From Neocallimastix sp. 'constans' (lineage: Eukaryota), in NCBI GenBank assembly GCA_050613775.1, contig JBODTK010000102.1, forward strand, positions 124,001-188,000: a stretch of DNA of 64,000 bases, in the 5' to 3' direction. Positions 25,497-37,897 of the stretch are shown piece by piece. The position numbers and the translations under genes are program-made. Each line of letters begins with the position of its first letter. The stretch's first letter is position 1. The notes under the pieces are model-generated. The model did no database searches, was not told the DNA's origin, and saw only the letters and a list, made by a program, of their open reading frames with translations.

Positions 25497-28172
25497 TCAG
25501 TGGTCTTTCACTTCCGTGAGTAGTGAATTTCTAAATTTGTCCATTAGGGAGTTACAAAGATACTTTGTAAATCCATCGGTTAGATTTTCTTTAGAATTAA
25601 TATATTTTAAATTTATTTTATTTTCCTTAATAAGTTCCCTTACGTGATGATATTTGATGTCGATATGCTTTGATTTTGAGTTTATTGATTGATTCTGACA
25701 GTTGTATATTGCGGCCCTATTATCAATGTTAATGGTAACGGAATTTATATTTACATTCAATTCGTTAAATATGTTCATGTAATATAGGCTATGCTTTGCA
25801 CACTCACTAACACCATAATATTCCGATTCAGCAGTAGATGTCGCTACACACTTCTGTTGCTTAGAATACCAGCTAGTTGGCGCATTTCCAATCATCATCA
25901 AGAATCCAGAGGTTGACTTTCTCGATTCGGTGTCGCCCGCGAAATCTGCATCTACGTATACCTTCAACGATCTTTCCTTTGTGAATTTTATCCCGTAGTT
26001 TATAGTATAACTCAGACACTTGAATATTCGTTCAACATTGACCCAATCCTCTAAAGTTGGATTCTTATTCTTTCTGGCAGCCCTGCTTACGGCGAACATT
26101 ATATCAGGCCTAGTACAGACAGCTAGATAGATTAATTTTCCAATTGCACTCCTATATAATGTTTCGTCCCACTTTCTTTTTCTTAAATTAAGATTCTCAA
26201 TGGGTTTCAAGTTTTTAACGGGTAAGCAATCTTTTAGTTTAAACTTAACTAATAATTCTTTTATGTAACCTCGTTGTTGCATGAAATATCCATCGTAATA
26301 TTTTTTAAATTTTATTCCAATGACGAAATCAATATCACCTATATCTTTAATATTAAAATATACTTTAATTTGTTCTTTTACATATAAAATTTCTTTTTGT
26401 TTACCTATCAGTAATATATCATCTACGTAGACCGCTACAATACATAGAACCTCTTTTGATTCGTTTTCCTTGATGTATAGGCACGGTTCACTAATTAATC
26501 TTCGGAATCCAATCTTTGTGAGTGTGTTGTTCAATGTCTCGTTCCATTCTCGGCCTGCCTGCTTTAATCCATACAAGGCTTTGTTGAGTTTTAAGAATCC
26601 TTTGTTGTGCATAGGGTGTCCCTTTGGTGCCTTGATATAGATGTTTTCATTTAGGTCGGCATTTAAGTATGCGGCGTTAACGTCAATTTGCATTATTCGG
26701 TAGTTTCTTTGTACTGCGAGAGCAACGATAATTCGTAGTGAGTCTAGTTTTAATGTGGGGGAGAAGGTGAAGGTATAGTCTATTCCATACCTTTGAGTGA
26801 AGCCTCTAGCTACTAGACGGGCCTTTCTTTTTATGATATTCCCATCGGCGTCCTTTTTATATTTTAGTACCCACTTACAGGATATGATATTAGCACCAGT
26901 AGGTAAGGATTTGGTGGTATTGAAAACCTTAAGTTTCTCCATATTCTTAAGTTCCTCGTTTATGGCTTTTAACCAGTCGTCTTTGTCAGGTAGGCTAAAG
27001 ATGTCATCAAAGTCATTTGGTTCTTTGAGTTTTTGATTATCATTACGTTTTCTGGTATTTATTTGGTTTAATTCAGTGGTTGTGTCGTTTGTTTTGTTTT
27101 CTTTGTGTGAGGAAATATTGTTATAATTTATCTTATTGCTGTTGTCGATTTGTCCATGCGAGTTTTGTGGATTGTAAGAAAAGTTATTAAAATTATTAAA
27201 TTTGTTTAACATATAGGTGTTGCTCCCCCTGATTTCGGAAATTGGCATAAAGTTTGGGAAATTTCTAGGAACTGGGCGAGATATTTTGGAGTTTCCAGGA
27301 GTATCTTCGAAGAATTCGACTGAACGAGAGAGAACGATCTTATTATTAGCTATGTTCAGAATTTTATAGGAATTAGTTAATTGGTGATAACCCAAGAAGA
27401 TACCTGGAAGGGAATTATTGTCGAATTTGTTTCGTTGTGATTTAGGAACAAAGAAGAAGACCTTACAACCGAAGACTTTAAAATGTGAATAATCCATTTT
27501 AGTTTTGAATAATAGTTCAAAAGGGATTTTGTTGTTGATGCCAGAGTGGGGAATACGATTGTGTATGTAATTAGCAGTGTCTACCGCGTATTCCCAGAAT
27601 TCTTTACTAAGTTGTGAATCATTAAGTAGAGATTTAGCTGAACTAATGAGGGTGCCATTAAATCGTTCAGCTCTCCCATTTTGTTGAGGATTATGAGGGA
27701 TAGTGAACTGTTGAACAATACCTCTCTGAGAGCAGAAATACTTGAATTTATTGTTCGTAAATTCCGTACCATTGTCGGTACGAATGTAAGTGATGTTCTT
27801 ATTAAATATTTTTTCATTAGATTTGACCCATAAAGTGAACTTTTCGAAAATGTCACTCTTGTTTTGGATGAGGAGGACCCAACCAAAACGAGAATAGTCA
27901 TCAAGGATGGATAGGAAATATTTATTGGAATGAATAGATTCTACTACTGGATCCACTAGATCCATGTGAATTAATTTAAAAGGAGCTTTGGCTCTGTTGT
28001 TTGATTTCCGATGAGGTAAGTTTCTTTGTTTTGATTGAAAGCATATTGGACATTTAGATTTGATATTAATTTTTAATAGTTTATTTTTAATAAGGTTAAT
28101 GTTGAAGTGCCCAAGGCGTCTGTGCCATAAATTAATTTTATCTAATTTGTTTAGAGTAGAGAGGTGCATCAA
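25497..28172 (-). CDS. pol: Copia Pol (integrase, RT, RNase H)
   Basis: LWHRRLGH, RTDNGTEF, QQNGRAER, KARLVARGF, YVDDIL, YVDADFAG, TAESEY, SKHIDIKYH. Confidence 0.96.
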   Translation of the reverse strand: MMHLSTLNKLDKINLWHRRLGHFNINLIKNKLLKINIKSKCPICFQSKQRNLPHRKSNNRAKAPFKLIHMDLVDPVVESIHSNKYFLSILDDYSRFGWVLLIQNKSDIFEKFTLWVKSNEKIFNKNITYIRTDNGTEFTNNKFKYFCSQRGIVQQFTIPHNPQQNGRAERFNGTLISSAKSLLNDSQLSKEFWEYAVDTANYIHNRIPHSGINNKIPFELLFKTKMDYSHFKVFGCKVFFFVPKSQRNKFDNNSLPGIFLGYHQLTNSYKILNIANNKIVLSRSVEFFEDTPGNSKISRPVPRNFPNFMPISEIRGSNTYMLNKFNNFNNFSYNPQNSHGQIDNSNKINYNNISSHKENKTNDTTTELNQINTRKRNDNQKLKEPNDFDDIFSLPDKDDWLKAINEELKNMEKLKVFNTTKSLPTGANIISCKWVLKYKKDADGNIIKRKARLVARGFTQRYGIDYTFTFSPTLKLDSLRIIVALAVQRNYRIMQIDVNAAYLNADLNENIYIKAPKGHPMHNKGFLKLNKALYGLKQAGREWNETLNNTLTKIGFRRLISEPCLYIKENESKEVLCIVAVYVDDILLIGKQKEILYVKEQIKVYFNIKDIGDIDFVIGIKFKKYYDGYFMQQRGYIKELLVKFKLKDCLPVKNLKPIENLNLRKRKWDETLYRSAIGKLIYLAVCTRPDIMFAVSRAARKNKNPTLEDWVNVERIFKCLSYTINYGIKFTKERSLKVYVDADFAGDTESRKSTSGFLMMIGNAPTSWYSKQQKCVATSTAESEYYGVSECAKHSLYYMNIFNELNVNINSVTINIDNRAAIYNCQNQSINSKSKHIDIKYHHVRELIKENKINLKYINSKENLTDGFTKYLCNSLMDKFRNSLLTEVKDH

Positions 28173-28223
28173 TAAGGTTTTGTCGTGTTTTGGTTCGTTG
28201 TTTGAAATTAGCTTGTTCTTTAG

Positions 28224-29678
28224 TCATAAAGTAAAAATATTCTGGCTGTTTGAACTAACGTTAATGATTCTTTTGCCGGAATCATTGTAAATGGTTAAAT
28301 AAGGTTTGTTGTTGTAATTGAAAAATATAATTTTATAGTGTAGTTGGATAAGTTTGGTAACTGATATTATATTTTTGTTTATGCTATCGACGTAAAACAC
28401 GTTCTTTAATATAAATTTTGAATTGTCGATATATCCGGTAAAATTACCGTAAGCGGAGGCAACAACTGTCTTACCGTTTGGGAGAATAACTTCTTCATTA
28501 CATTTTTTAATATCTGTAAGTAAGTCAATACATCCTGTGATATGTATGGATGCTCCTGAGTCTATTATCCATTGTGATATGTGGCTTTGTGGATAGTGGT
28601 TATTGCTGACAGTGTTTGTAATACAATTTAATAATATCATCCTATTTTCGGTATTATAGTCTTCGAAAATATCTTGAGGTTTTTCAATGGCGTTCACTTG
28701 ATTCTTACGTTGGTTCCTAATATACTTGGAGGTACTTGGAATGTTGTTACAATAATTCTTTCTGAGGTTCTTTTTGAATGGTTTCTTTTTGAATCTGTAT
28801 TTGGCCTTGTTTCTGCATTCATAAGAGTAATGTCCAAAAGTACCGCAGTTGAAGCATTTACCATTTTTTCTTTTTCTTGTTGTAATAACCTTAGAAATTT
28901 TGTTCCTATTCTTGGCTTGGGATTCAACTAGGAACAATTTGTTCTCTTCCATCTTGGATATCTCTCTAGTGTTGGAGAATATGATGTCTGGAATGACATC
29001 CTTAACGTAATTGCAGAGTTGCTTCCAATCATTTTTATATTGAAAAACATTTATAAACCTTAGGTTTTCAGGGAGTGACCTATTCAAAATACCAGCCTTG
29101 ACAGGGTCACTTAACTCATAGTCAATATTTTCTAGCTCATCTATTGCGTTTTGGAGTTTAACAATGAAAATGTTAATGTCGTCTTCTTCGTTGTATTTCA
29201 AATTATTTATTTTGCTTTTAATTTCAAGTTTCCTTTTCTCTGGACTCATTGTGAAGGACTTTTCTAATGTAATCCATATTTGATGAGCTGTCTTTCCATT
29301 ACCTTCAATTATTTTCTTTGTATTCTCTCCTAGGCTGTTGGTAATGATCCATTTTACCATCACATCGTTTTTTATATCTTTTAACGATGTGTTCTTATCG
29401 TATACTAGGCTGGGGTCAAACTTGTCTTCAAGGTAGTTGTCAAGGTCATCCCTGAGATTTCTTTTTCTAAGTTTCTTTATCTTTTCTTCTATTACGTATC
29501 CTTCAAGGTTGTTAATCATCAGAAGATATAGAATGTTCGTTCTCCAGCTGGGGTAATTTTCTGTAGATAGTTCAATAACACGATTGAAATTTTCCGAGTA
29601 ATTGAACGTGATACCTTTTGTTAAGGTTTCATCTGTGTCATCAATAGTTATAGGTATGTTGTTTCTGTTTCTACTCAT
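28224..29678 (-). CDS. gag: Copia Gag-protease (484 aa), in frame with pol across a single TGA
   Basis: Zinc knuckle CFNCGTFGHYSYEC and protease WIIDSGASIH. Same frame as 25497-28172, with 17 sense codons between the two ORFs. Confidence 0.93.
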   Translation of the reverse strand: MSRNRNNIPITIDDTDETLTKGITFNYSENFNRVIELSTENYPSWRTNILYLLMINNLEGYVIEEKIKKLRKRNLRDDLDNYLEDKFDPSLVYDKNTSLKDIKNDVMVKWIITNSLGENTKKIIEGNGKTAHQIWITLEKSFTMSPEKRKLEIKSKINNLKYNEEDDINIFIVKLQNAIDELENIDYELSDPVKAGILNRSLPENLRFINVFQYKNDWKQLCNYVKDVIPDIIFSNTREISKMEENKLFLVESQAKNRNKISKVITTRKRKNGKCFNCGTFGHYSYECRNKAKYRFKKKPFKKNLRKNYCNNIPSTSKYIRNQRKNQVNAIEKPQDIFEDYNTENRMILLNCITNTVSNNHYPQSHISQWIIDSGASIHITGCIDLLTDIKKCNEEVILPNGKTVVASAYGNFTGYIDNSKFILKNVFYVDSINKNIISVTKLIQLHYKIIFFNYNNKPYLTIYNDSGKRIINVSSNSQNIFTL

Positions 29679-30522
29679 ATTGTTATCTCCCTTTTGAATT
29701 TTTGGATAAATGTTTTCTTGATAAAAAATTTTTTTGTTCGTTTACTAAGTCTTTAAGAACTTTATGTTAGCATATGATGTGATTGAATATTGAATATTTG
29801 TTTGTTTTATTTTATTATATTATTTAATTTAATTGGTTAAAATACTATTATTTGATTTGTTGAATGATTAATACTTATATATATATATATATATATTTTT
29901 TTTTTTTTGCTTTAAATTTAATTGGTTAAGTAATAATTATGGTAATTTTAATGTATTTAAATTATTGGTTTAAATTTTGATATTAATGTTCTTCATTGTT
30001 TTATATATCTATATAGGAATAATTTTATTCACCTTTAATTTATTATTAATTTAATATAAATTTTTATTTTAAATTCTTTTCGATAAATTATTTGTTTATT
30101 CATTTGTTCTTAACGCGAATTATATTTCCTTTTAAATCTTATTATTTAATTAAAATTTTAATAAGATTTAGTTTTGTCACTGACTATTTTCAGTGTGATG
30201 TTTATTATTTGCTGCTGACTATTTCAGCATAGCTTTATTTACCTCTTATTTGCTGCTGACTATTTCAGCATAGCATTATTTATTTCTTATCTATGTAAGC
30301 CATTTTTTTTTTTTTTTTTTTTTGTATATAAATTAAAAAAAAAATGAATTGTTTTTCATCTTTTAAATATATATGTATAATGTTGAATTTGATTAAAAAA
30401 ATTCCTTTTTTTTTTTTTTTTTTTTGGTATTTTAAGATATTAATTAGTAAGAATATATTTTATTATTTATTTTTTATACTATATATATTTTAATACTTAG
30501 CTTTATATGAGATGAGGTGAGA

Positions 30523-30536
30523 TGAGACTCTTAATC
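30523..30536 (-). promoter_or_regulatory. Copia-2 PBS (half-tRNA-Lys type)
   Basis: GATTAAGAGTCTCA on the minus strand, directly abutting the 5' LTR. Confidence 0.9.
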
Positions 30537-31284
30537 CTTTAAATACTAAAATTTTATAAGTACACTTATAAAGTATGTAATATTAATATAGCATTTTTAT
30601 TTATTATATAAAAACAAGATTAACTACATTTTTATGAACTATTTGTAATTTTCTTATCTTATTTTGTTTGTATGTAAAATATGATTGGTAGATACTATGT
30701 TCGACACATTAATATTGTCGTTTAACAATAAATAATATTATTTTCAAATTAATTGCATAAATTAAGTAATTAGATATTATAATTTTAATTATTTTGATAT
30801 AATTTTTCCACTTTAATTTTATGTTGGTTGGTTATCATTTTCATTTCTAATTATTTTTTTATTGATTAATATATATGAGTGTTATATTTAATTTTATTTA
30901 ATTAATTTTCTTTAATTTTTAAAATAATATGTGTATGTTTATTGTTATTTAAAGCCTATTATTCAATGTACTATTATTTTTGATTTAAAATTTAAACAAC
31001 TATTACTTTGAAATTACGATTTAGTTTACTATTATTTTAAACCTTTATTGACTTTATGATAAAAATTTCTTCACAACGTATAATTGGAATTACATCTTTT
31101 TTATTTTAAAAATTTTAATTAATTCTAATTATAATTATTACAATGTAAAAAAAAAAAAAGAAAGAAATAAATAATTAATTACTTAGGATAGTCATTCAAA
31201 ATTATAATTTTTTTTAATTAATATATTTATGAATATTATTATTATACTTGTAATAATTATTTTAATTTATTAATGAAATGTAAA

Positions 31285-31500
31285 TCAAGTGGTAAGTGGA
31301 GACTCTTAAACATTTAAAAAATAAAAAAAAAAAAAAAAAAGTTGACTTTGAATTTAAAATTTAATTTATTCAAACAAAATATAAAATTTAAAAATATAAT
31401 ATGTTGAAATAAAATATAAATAATAATATATTTTATATTTGATAATCTTATAAAATTAATATTTATCATTGTAATATATAAAATTACAATTATATAATCA
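31285..31500 (-). mobile_element. Old PBS plus LTR-like relic of the same lineage
   Basis: TCAAGTGGTAAGTGGAGACTCTTAAAC at 31285-31311, followed by about 190 bp ending ..ATAATCA. No partner LTR seen. Confidence 0.45.
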
Positions 31501-32269
31501 TATTTTTAATTTTTATGAACTATTACTTATGAATAATTTTAAAAATAAATATACTTTTTAAAAAAATAAAATATTTTAAAACTTTTTTTATAAAAATGAG
31601 TTATTTTTATTTATTAAATTGATAAATTTTTGGAAATGCTATTTGTTAAAATTTAAAATAATATATTTTTATTATTAATATTTTAAATTTTATTTATTTA
31701 ATAATTTCAATTTATAAAACTTTTTTAATATTAATATTTTTTTATTAAATTTATTTTATATAATTCAATTAAATCTGATTAAGTATTCAGGTTAGGATAT
31801 CTCTTTTATTATTTATTTATGTATTTTAATAATATAATTTTATGTTTTCATTTATTTATTTTAGAATTTAAATTGATTTAATTAAATACTAATTATTATA
31901 AATTCTTAAATAATATAATATAAATAATGATATATTTATAATAATTATAATATATACAATATAAAAATATAATAAAATAAAATAAAATAAAATTAATTTA
32001 TAAATTATTTAAATATTAATATAACATAAAATTTATGTTATAAATTTTATGTTTACATTAATTTTATGTCTTTGTATAGAATTTATGATATTACATAAAT
32101 TTATTTTAAATAACGGAATGTGGTTCATTTCGCCAATTTTTAAAATACAAATTTTCAATACGCCATTTATTTTTAATGGCTTGTAAAATTTTTTGTTAAC
32201 GCCATAAAAAATTATAATACAATTAATTTTAAAATAAATAAATGTATAAATTAATAAATAAATAGATAA

Positions 32270-33670
32270 ATAAATAAAGAATATAATTAGTAGAATATGA
32301 ATATAAAGTACAGATTGAATAAAATAAAATAATATAAAATAAAATAAAATAAATAGTAGAATATGAATATAAAGTACATATTTAATAAGATAAAATAAAA
32401 TAAATAGTAGAATATGAATATAAAGTACATATTTAATAAAATAAAATAAATAGTAGAATGTGAATATAAAGTACATATTTAATAAAATAAAATAAAATAA
32501 ATAGTAGAATGTGAATATAAAGTACATATTTAATAAAATAAAATAAAATAAAATAAAATAAATAGTAGAATATTAAAAATAAAGTACAGATTGAATAAAA
32601 TTAAATAAAATAAAATAAATAGTGAAGTAATATAAAAGAATAAAGCATTAATAAAAATAAAATAAAATAAAATAAATAGTAGAATATGAATATAAAGTAC
32701 ATATTTAATAAAATAAAATAAAATAAAATAAAATAAATAGTAGAATATGAATATAAAGTACATATTTAATAAAATAAAATAAAATAAATAGTAGAATATG
32801 AATATAAAGTACATATTTAATAAAATAAAATAAATAGTAGAATATGAATATAAAGTACATATTTAATAAAATAAAATAAAATAAAATAAAATTAAATAAA
32901 ATAAAATAAATAGTGAAGTAATATAAAAGAATAAAGCATTAATAAAAATAAAATAAAATAAAATAAAATAAAATAAAATAAATAATGAAGAAATATAAAA
33001 GAATAAAGTATTAATAAAAATAAAATAAAATAAAATAAAATAAAATAAAATAAAATAAATAATGAAGTAATATAAAAGAATAAACTATTAATAAAAATAA
33101 AATAAAATAAAATAAAATAAATAGTAGAATATTAAAAATAAAGTACAGATTGAATAAAATAAAATAAAATAAAATAAATAATGAAGTAATATAAAAGAAT
33201 AAAGCATTAATAAAAATAAAATAAAATAAAATAAAATAAAATAAAATAAAATAAATAATGAAGTAATATAAAAGAATAAAGTATTAATAAAAATAAAATA
33301 AAATAAAATAAAATAAATAGTAGAATATTAAAAATAAAGTACAGATTGAATAAAATAAAATAAAATAAAATAAATAATGAAGTAATATAAAAGAATAAAG
33401 CATTAATAAAAATAAAATAAAATAAAATAAAATAAAATAAAATAAATAGTGAAGTAATATAAAAGAATAAAGCATTAATAAAAATAAAATAAAATAAAAT
33501 AAAATAAAATAAAATAAAATAAAATAAAATAAAATAAATAATGAAGTAATATAAAAGAATAAAGTATTAATAAAAATAAAATAAAATAAAATAAAATAAA
33601 TAGTAGAATATTAAAAATAAAGTACAGATTGAATAAAATAAAATAAAATAAAATAAAATAAAATAAATAT
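32270..33670 (+). repeat. Compound minisatellite inside the MULE
   Basis: Three related units of about 35 bp (AAATAGTAGAATATGAATATAAAGTACATATTTAAT; AAATARTGAAGTAATATAAAAGAATAAAGYATTAAT; AAATAGTAGAATATTAAAAATAAAGTACAGATTGAAT) separated by variable (AAAAT)n. Confidence 0.95.
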
Positions 33671-33987
33671 CTATTATTAATTTTTACTAAAGAATATTAA
33701 AGATCAATGTTTTCGAAATGAAAAATTTTTACATTTTTATTATATTCAATTAATAATGTAGTTTAATATTATTGGTAGTTAATAATCTCATTAAATATAA
33801 ATGATTTTTTGCTTTCTAACATATATAATTAAATAAAACATTTTATTTTTAAAAATAAATTGTCTTTAATATTCTTTAATAAAAAAAAATAATAAATATT
33901 TATTTTATTATATATACTTGTACTTTTATAATATTACATTTAATATTTATTTTATTTTATATACTTGTACTTATATTATTACATTCT

Positions 33988-34028
<41 letters not shown>

Positions 34029-34135
34029 AAATAATTGAAAAACTAATTTTTCAAAATTAATATTACGAATAATATTGGATAATTAATATAATAATTATAA
34101 TTATATAATTAAAAAATATTTATAAAAATATAGAA

Positions 34136-35569
34136 ATGGAAGAAAATTTAATTATTGATATAAATGAATCCAACAAAGGAAAAGAACAAATTATTATTAA
34201 TAAAAAATATAAATTTAATTTTTCATATAAAAGAAAAGATAATTCCAAAGTGTATAAATGTACAGAATATAAAAAAATAAATAAATGTAAATCTTTTATT
34301 ATTTTAAATGATAAGAAAGAAATTTTAAAGTATAATAGTTCACATAATCATCCTGAAAATGAATACGATGTATCCCTATCTATAATGAAACATAAAATTA
34401 AAGATGGAATTGAAAAAAGTTCAATTCCTTTTGGTATAAAAATAAAACCCCTATATAATAAAATTTCTAAAGAAATGGGACTTATATGTCCAGAATATAA
34501 TTCAATTAAATCCCAAATATCAAGAAATTTAAATAAAAAACTACCATCCAATGTAACAACATTTGCTGAAATTCCAAGTGAATCTGAATATTATAATACA
34601 AAGCGAGGTGAAAATTTTATGATATTCAAAAATTCTAATTTAATAATTTTTCAATCCCCTTTTCAAGCAAAATTATTTAGGGAATATAATGATGATATAT
34701 TTGTTGATGGTACATTTTTTATCGCCCCTAAATTTAGTTATCAAGTATTTATTACAAGAACTTATGCTAAAGAATTAGATAGTTTTTACACTGCTTCTTT
34801 TGCAATATTAAAAAATAAAGAACAAGAAACATATAAAATGTTATTTGAAATGTTATTTGAAAATTTGAAAAAAAATGCTAATACATGTAACAATAATATT
34901 AGAATTGAACCAAAAAATTTGCATTGTGATTTTGAAAGGGCCATATCTAAAGCAGCAAAAACAATATTTCCTAATACAAATATTAAATATTGCATTTGGC
35001 ATTATAAAAAATCACTAGAAATTAAAAAAAATAAATTATGCTATAATGAAGTAAAAAATAATAATATATTTATTTATTATAAAGCTATTTCAAATTTACC
35101 ATTTATAAATCCTGAATATATATTTGATATTTATGTTATAATTAAAATTAAATCCATTAAAAATAATTATTGTCAATTTTTAAAATTTTTAGAATATTTT
35201 TATAAAACATATTTAATTGATTATGATATGAAAATTTGGAATTATTATAATAATATAGAACATATAACAAACAATGCCTCAGAATCACTCAATAATTATT
35301 TAAATAATTTATTTCCAACAAAACCATCTTTTTATGAATTAATAGATAAATTAAATGAACTTGAACATTTATCATATTATGATTATCAAAGAAAAATAAG
35401 AGGAATTTGGAAAATAAAAAAAAGAGCAATAAATAAAGCTAACGAAATCAGTGTCTTAATTGAACGCTTCAAAAGTATTGAAGCTAAGTTAATTGATGCT
35501 AAATGTGATAGAAATAAAATTATTAATTTGTGGTTTGATTGTTTAACTAATTTAAATAATATAATATAA
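34136..35569 (+). CDS. MULE transposase with N-terminal FLYWCH/WRKY-like zinc finger (477 aa)
   Basis: YKC..CKS..HNHP finger; catalytic motifs FVDGTF, HCDFERA, YCIWH (CxxH) and TNNASESLN. Confidence 0.92.
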   Translation: MEENLIIDINESNKGKEQIIINKKYKFNFSYKRKDNSKVYKCTEYKKINKCKSFIILNDKKEILKYNSSHNHPENEYDVSLSIMKHKIKDGIEKSSIPFGIKIKPLYNKISKEMGLICPEYNSIKSQISRNLNKKLPSNVTTFAEIPSESEYYNTKRGENFMIFKNSNLIIFQSPFQAKLFREYNDDIFVDGTFFIAPKFSYQVFITRTYAKELDSFYTASFAILKNKEQETYKMLFEMLFENLKKNANTCNNNIRIEPKNLHCDFERAISKAAKTIFPNTNIKYCIWHYKKSLEIKKNKLCYNEVKNNNIFIYYKAISNLPFINPEYIFDIYVIIKIKSIKNNYCQFLKFLEYFYKTYLIDYDMKIWNYYNNIEHITNNASESLNNYLNNLFPTKPSFYELIDKLNELEHLSYYDYQRKIRGIWKIKKRAINKANEISVLIERFKSIEAKLIDAKCDRNKIINLWFDCLTNLNNII

Positions 35570-37663
35570 ATATTACTTTATAATAAATAATTAAGAAATG
35601 AGGAATGACCAAATGAAATAATCAGAATTCTGTCATTCAATAATTTAATTTATAAAGCATATTAAATTTATATAGTTTTAATAAATATTCAAATACAATG
35701 TATAATTTATAGTTTTATCATTATAATTATTATTTCGTTTAATAATTTTTTAAAAAAAAAAGAATTATTATTAATAAAATTTATATTTTTAATAACATTT
35801 GTAATTTTATATATTTTTTTTATTAATAAAATTTAAATAAAAAAACTATTATTATTAGTTTTATATTTTTAATAACATTTAAGTAAAAGAATTATTATTA
35901 ATAGCATTTATATTTTTATGTGTTTTTTTTATTAATAACATTTAAGTAAAATAATTAATAATATTTATATTTTTAATAACATTTAAATAAAAGAATTATT
36001 ATTAAAAAAAAAGAATTAAAATCATAAAATCTAACCATTATATGATTTATTTAATTATTCACTTAATAATTAATTTAAAAATTGAAATAACAAAATAATA
36101 CAATAAAATAATATTATGTAGTATAATATAGCTATAGCCACAAATTAATATATATCACGTGAAAAAAATTGGCGTAATGCAACTTCCCCTAAATAACGTT
36201 AATTTAGATCATTTATAAATCATATGATAATTAATCAAGTTATTAATGATTTATTATTTTATTTTTATGAAATTATTAATAAAATAATTTATTAATAATT
36301 AAAGCTTTTATTTCCGTTTTATATCATAACTATTGATTAAAGTTTGAATGATGAGGAAAGTAAAATAAATATTATTATTAATTATTATTTAATTGAAATA
36401 TAAAAGTTCATTAAATTAAGTTTTTGAGACACAAAATTTAAAATTATAAAAGTATATGGAGCATTAAGAAGTTAGGTTGATAAATTGAGTGTTTTACTAA
36501 TTCCTATTTATGAATATTAAAAATTATATAATTATATATACATAGAAATAATCTATATAATTATATTGTTTTGCTTCTTTTAATATAATTAATACTCTAA
36601 TAATAATTGATTATATATAATGACATTCTTTAAAATTAAAAATTTATTGTCATATTTTACTCTTATTAAATTAATCATAATGTATTATAAAAATATGATT
36701 ACCAATTTTAACATAATTTTATATATATTTTACTTTTTATCTTATTACTACTTTAATTTTTATTTTTATGATATTAGTTGACTATATATTTTCAGTTTAA
36801 TATTACTCTTTTTATTTTAATTTTTTTATTTTGTAATTTTATAAAATTATTTTACTTTATATTTTTTATAATTTTTTTTAAATTTTTAATTTAGAAATAA
36901 AGCGAATTTAATTATTTTTATTTATTTGAATTTATTAATTTTCTTTTTATAATTTTTTATATACATTTTGAAGTTCATTCTTGTTTACTAAGTTTTTTTT
37001 TTTTTTTTTTTATTTTTCTCTTTCTGGTGAAATTATAACTATTAATCGGTTAAAATTAATTTCTAAACTTTTTAGTTTATAAGTAATATTTATTTATTTT
37101 TATAATTTTATTTTCAAATTAATTACTTGATTTTTTTAATTTTGCTTATGTTCTAATTTTTTAATAATAGCTAATTCTAAATTTACAGTTTAATATTAGG
37201 TGACTATTTTATAATTTATATTCATAATAATTGATTTATATTTTGCTGAATTTACTAAATATATTTTTATTTAATTATATATGAATTGTAATTTTAATTA
37301 TTTTATTTCATTTTTAAAAATATACTTCATTTATGATTCAAATAAAAGAAATTTCTAGATTTTTAAAAATTATGTTTTTATTTTAAAAAAATAAAATTAA
37401 TACAATTTTTCTTATTATTCCTTAGAAGAATTAATTAACATTTGAATATACTTATTATGTAAATAAAATATTAATTTTTAAAAAAATGAATATTATTTAT
37501 TTCAATTTCAAATTACAATAAATTCTAATTTTGAAATTATGTATTTTAAAATTAAAAATTAATCAATAATGTTATATATAATATAAGAAGATATATATTT
37601 ATTCTTTTTTTATTATAATAAAACTATGACTTTATTTTATTTTTTTTTTTTACTTTACTTCAT

Positions 37664-37897
37664 GCTCAATCTGGAGTGATTGAGACTATTAATCTATCAT
37701 TAATAAGAATATTTTAATTATGAAAATATTATTAACTGAATGTACAATTTTAAACAACTTATTATTATGGTATTTAGTATTAACATAAAATGTGGGTTGT
37801 TGTTATTTGACAAATAGCTTACAAAAGAAATATTAATATAAAAAATTACTATTTAAATTATTATAAATATAAAATTTTTATATTTATATTTCTAACA
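37664..37897 (-). mobile_element. Orphan 5' LTR (37695-37897) with PBS
   Basis: GCTCAATCTGGAGTGATTGAGACTATTAATC abuts an LTR similar to 47844-48052 and 48057-48265. Confidence 0.75.

Larger units (their letters stand above)
25261..30727 (-). mobile_element. Full-length Ty1/copia LTR retrotransposon (Copia-2)
   Basis: 191-bp LTRs at 25261-25451 and 30537-30727 (6 mismatches). ATAAA TSD at 25256-25260 and 30728-30732. PPT at 25452-25460, PBS at 30523-30536. Confidence 0.97.
32116..36189 (+). mobile_element. Complete Mutator-like (MULE) DNA transposon
   Basis: 9-bp TSD TAAATAACG at 32107-32115 and 36190-36198. Imperfect 26-bp TIRs (18/26) with core CATTWCGCCAATTTTT. Intact transposase ORF. Confidence 0.93.

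Noticed and set aside
19264..28931. Short ORFs antisense or out of frame to gag/pol (e.g. 20824-21069, 21700-22188, 26797-27036, 28674-28931)
   Set aside because: They are shadow ORFs with no motifs of their own.
32033..33475. Minus-strand F/Y/I/L-rich ORFs (164, 94 and 63 aa)
   Set aside because: They are translations of the stop-poor strand of the satellite.
32270..33670. CRISPR-like appearance (repeats of about 35 bp with variable spacers)
   Set aside because: Spacers are only (AAAAT)n, there are no cas genes, and the array lies inside a eukaryotic MULE.
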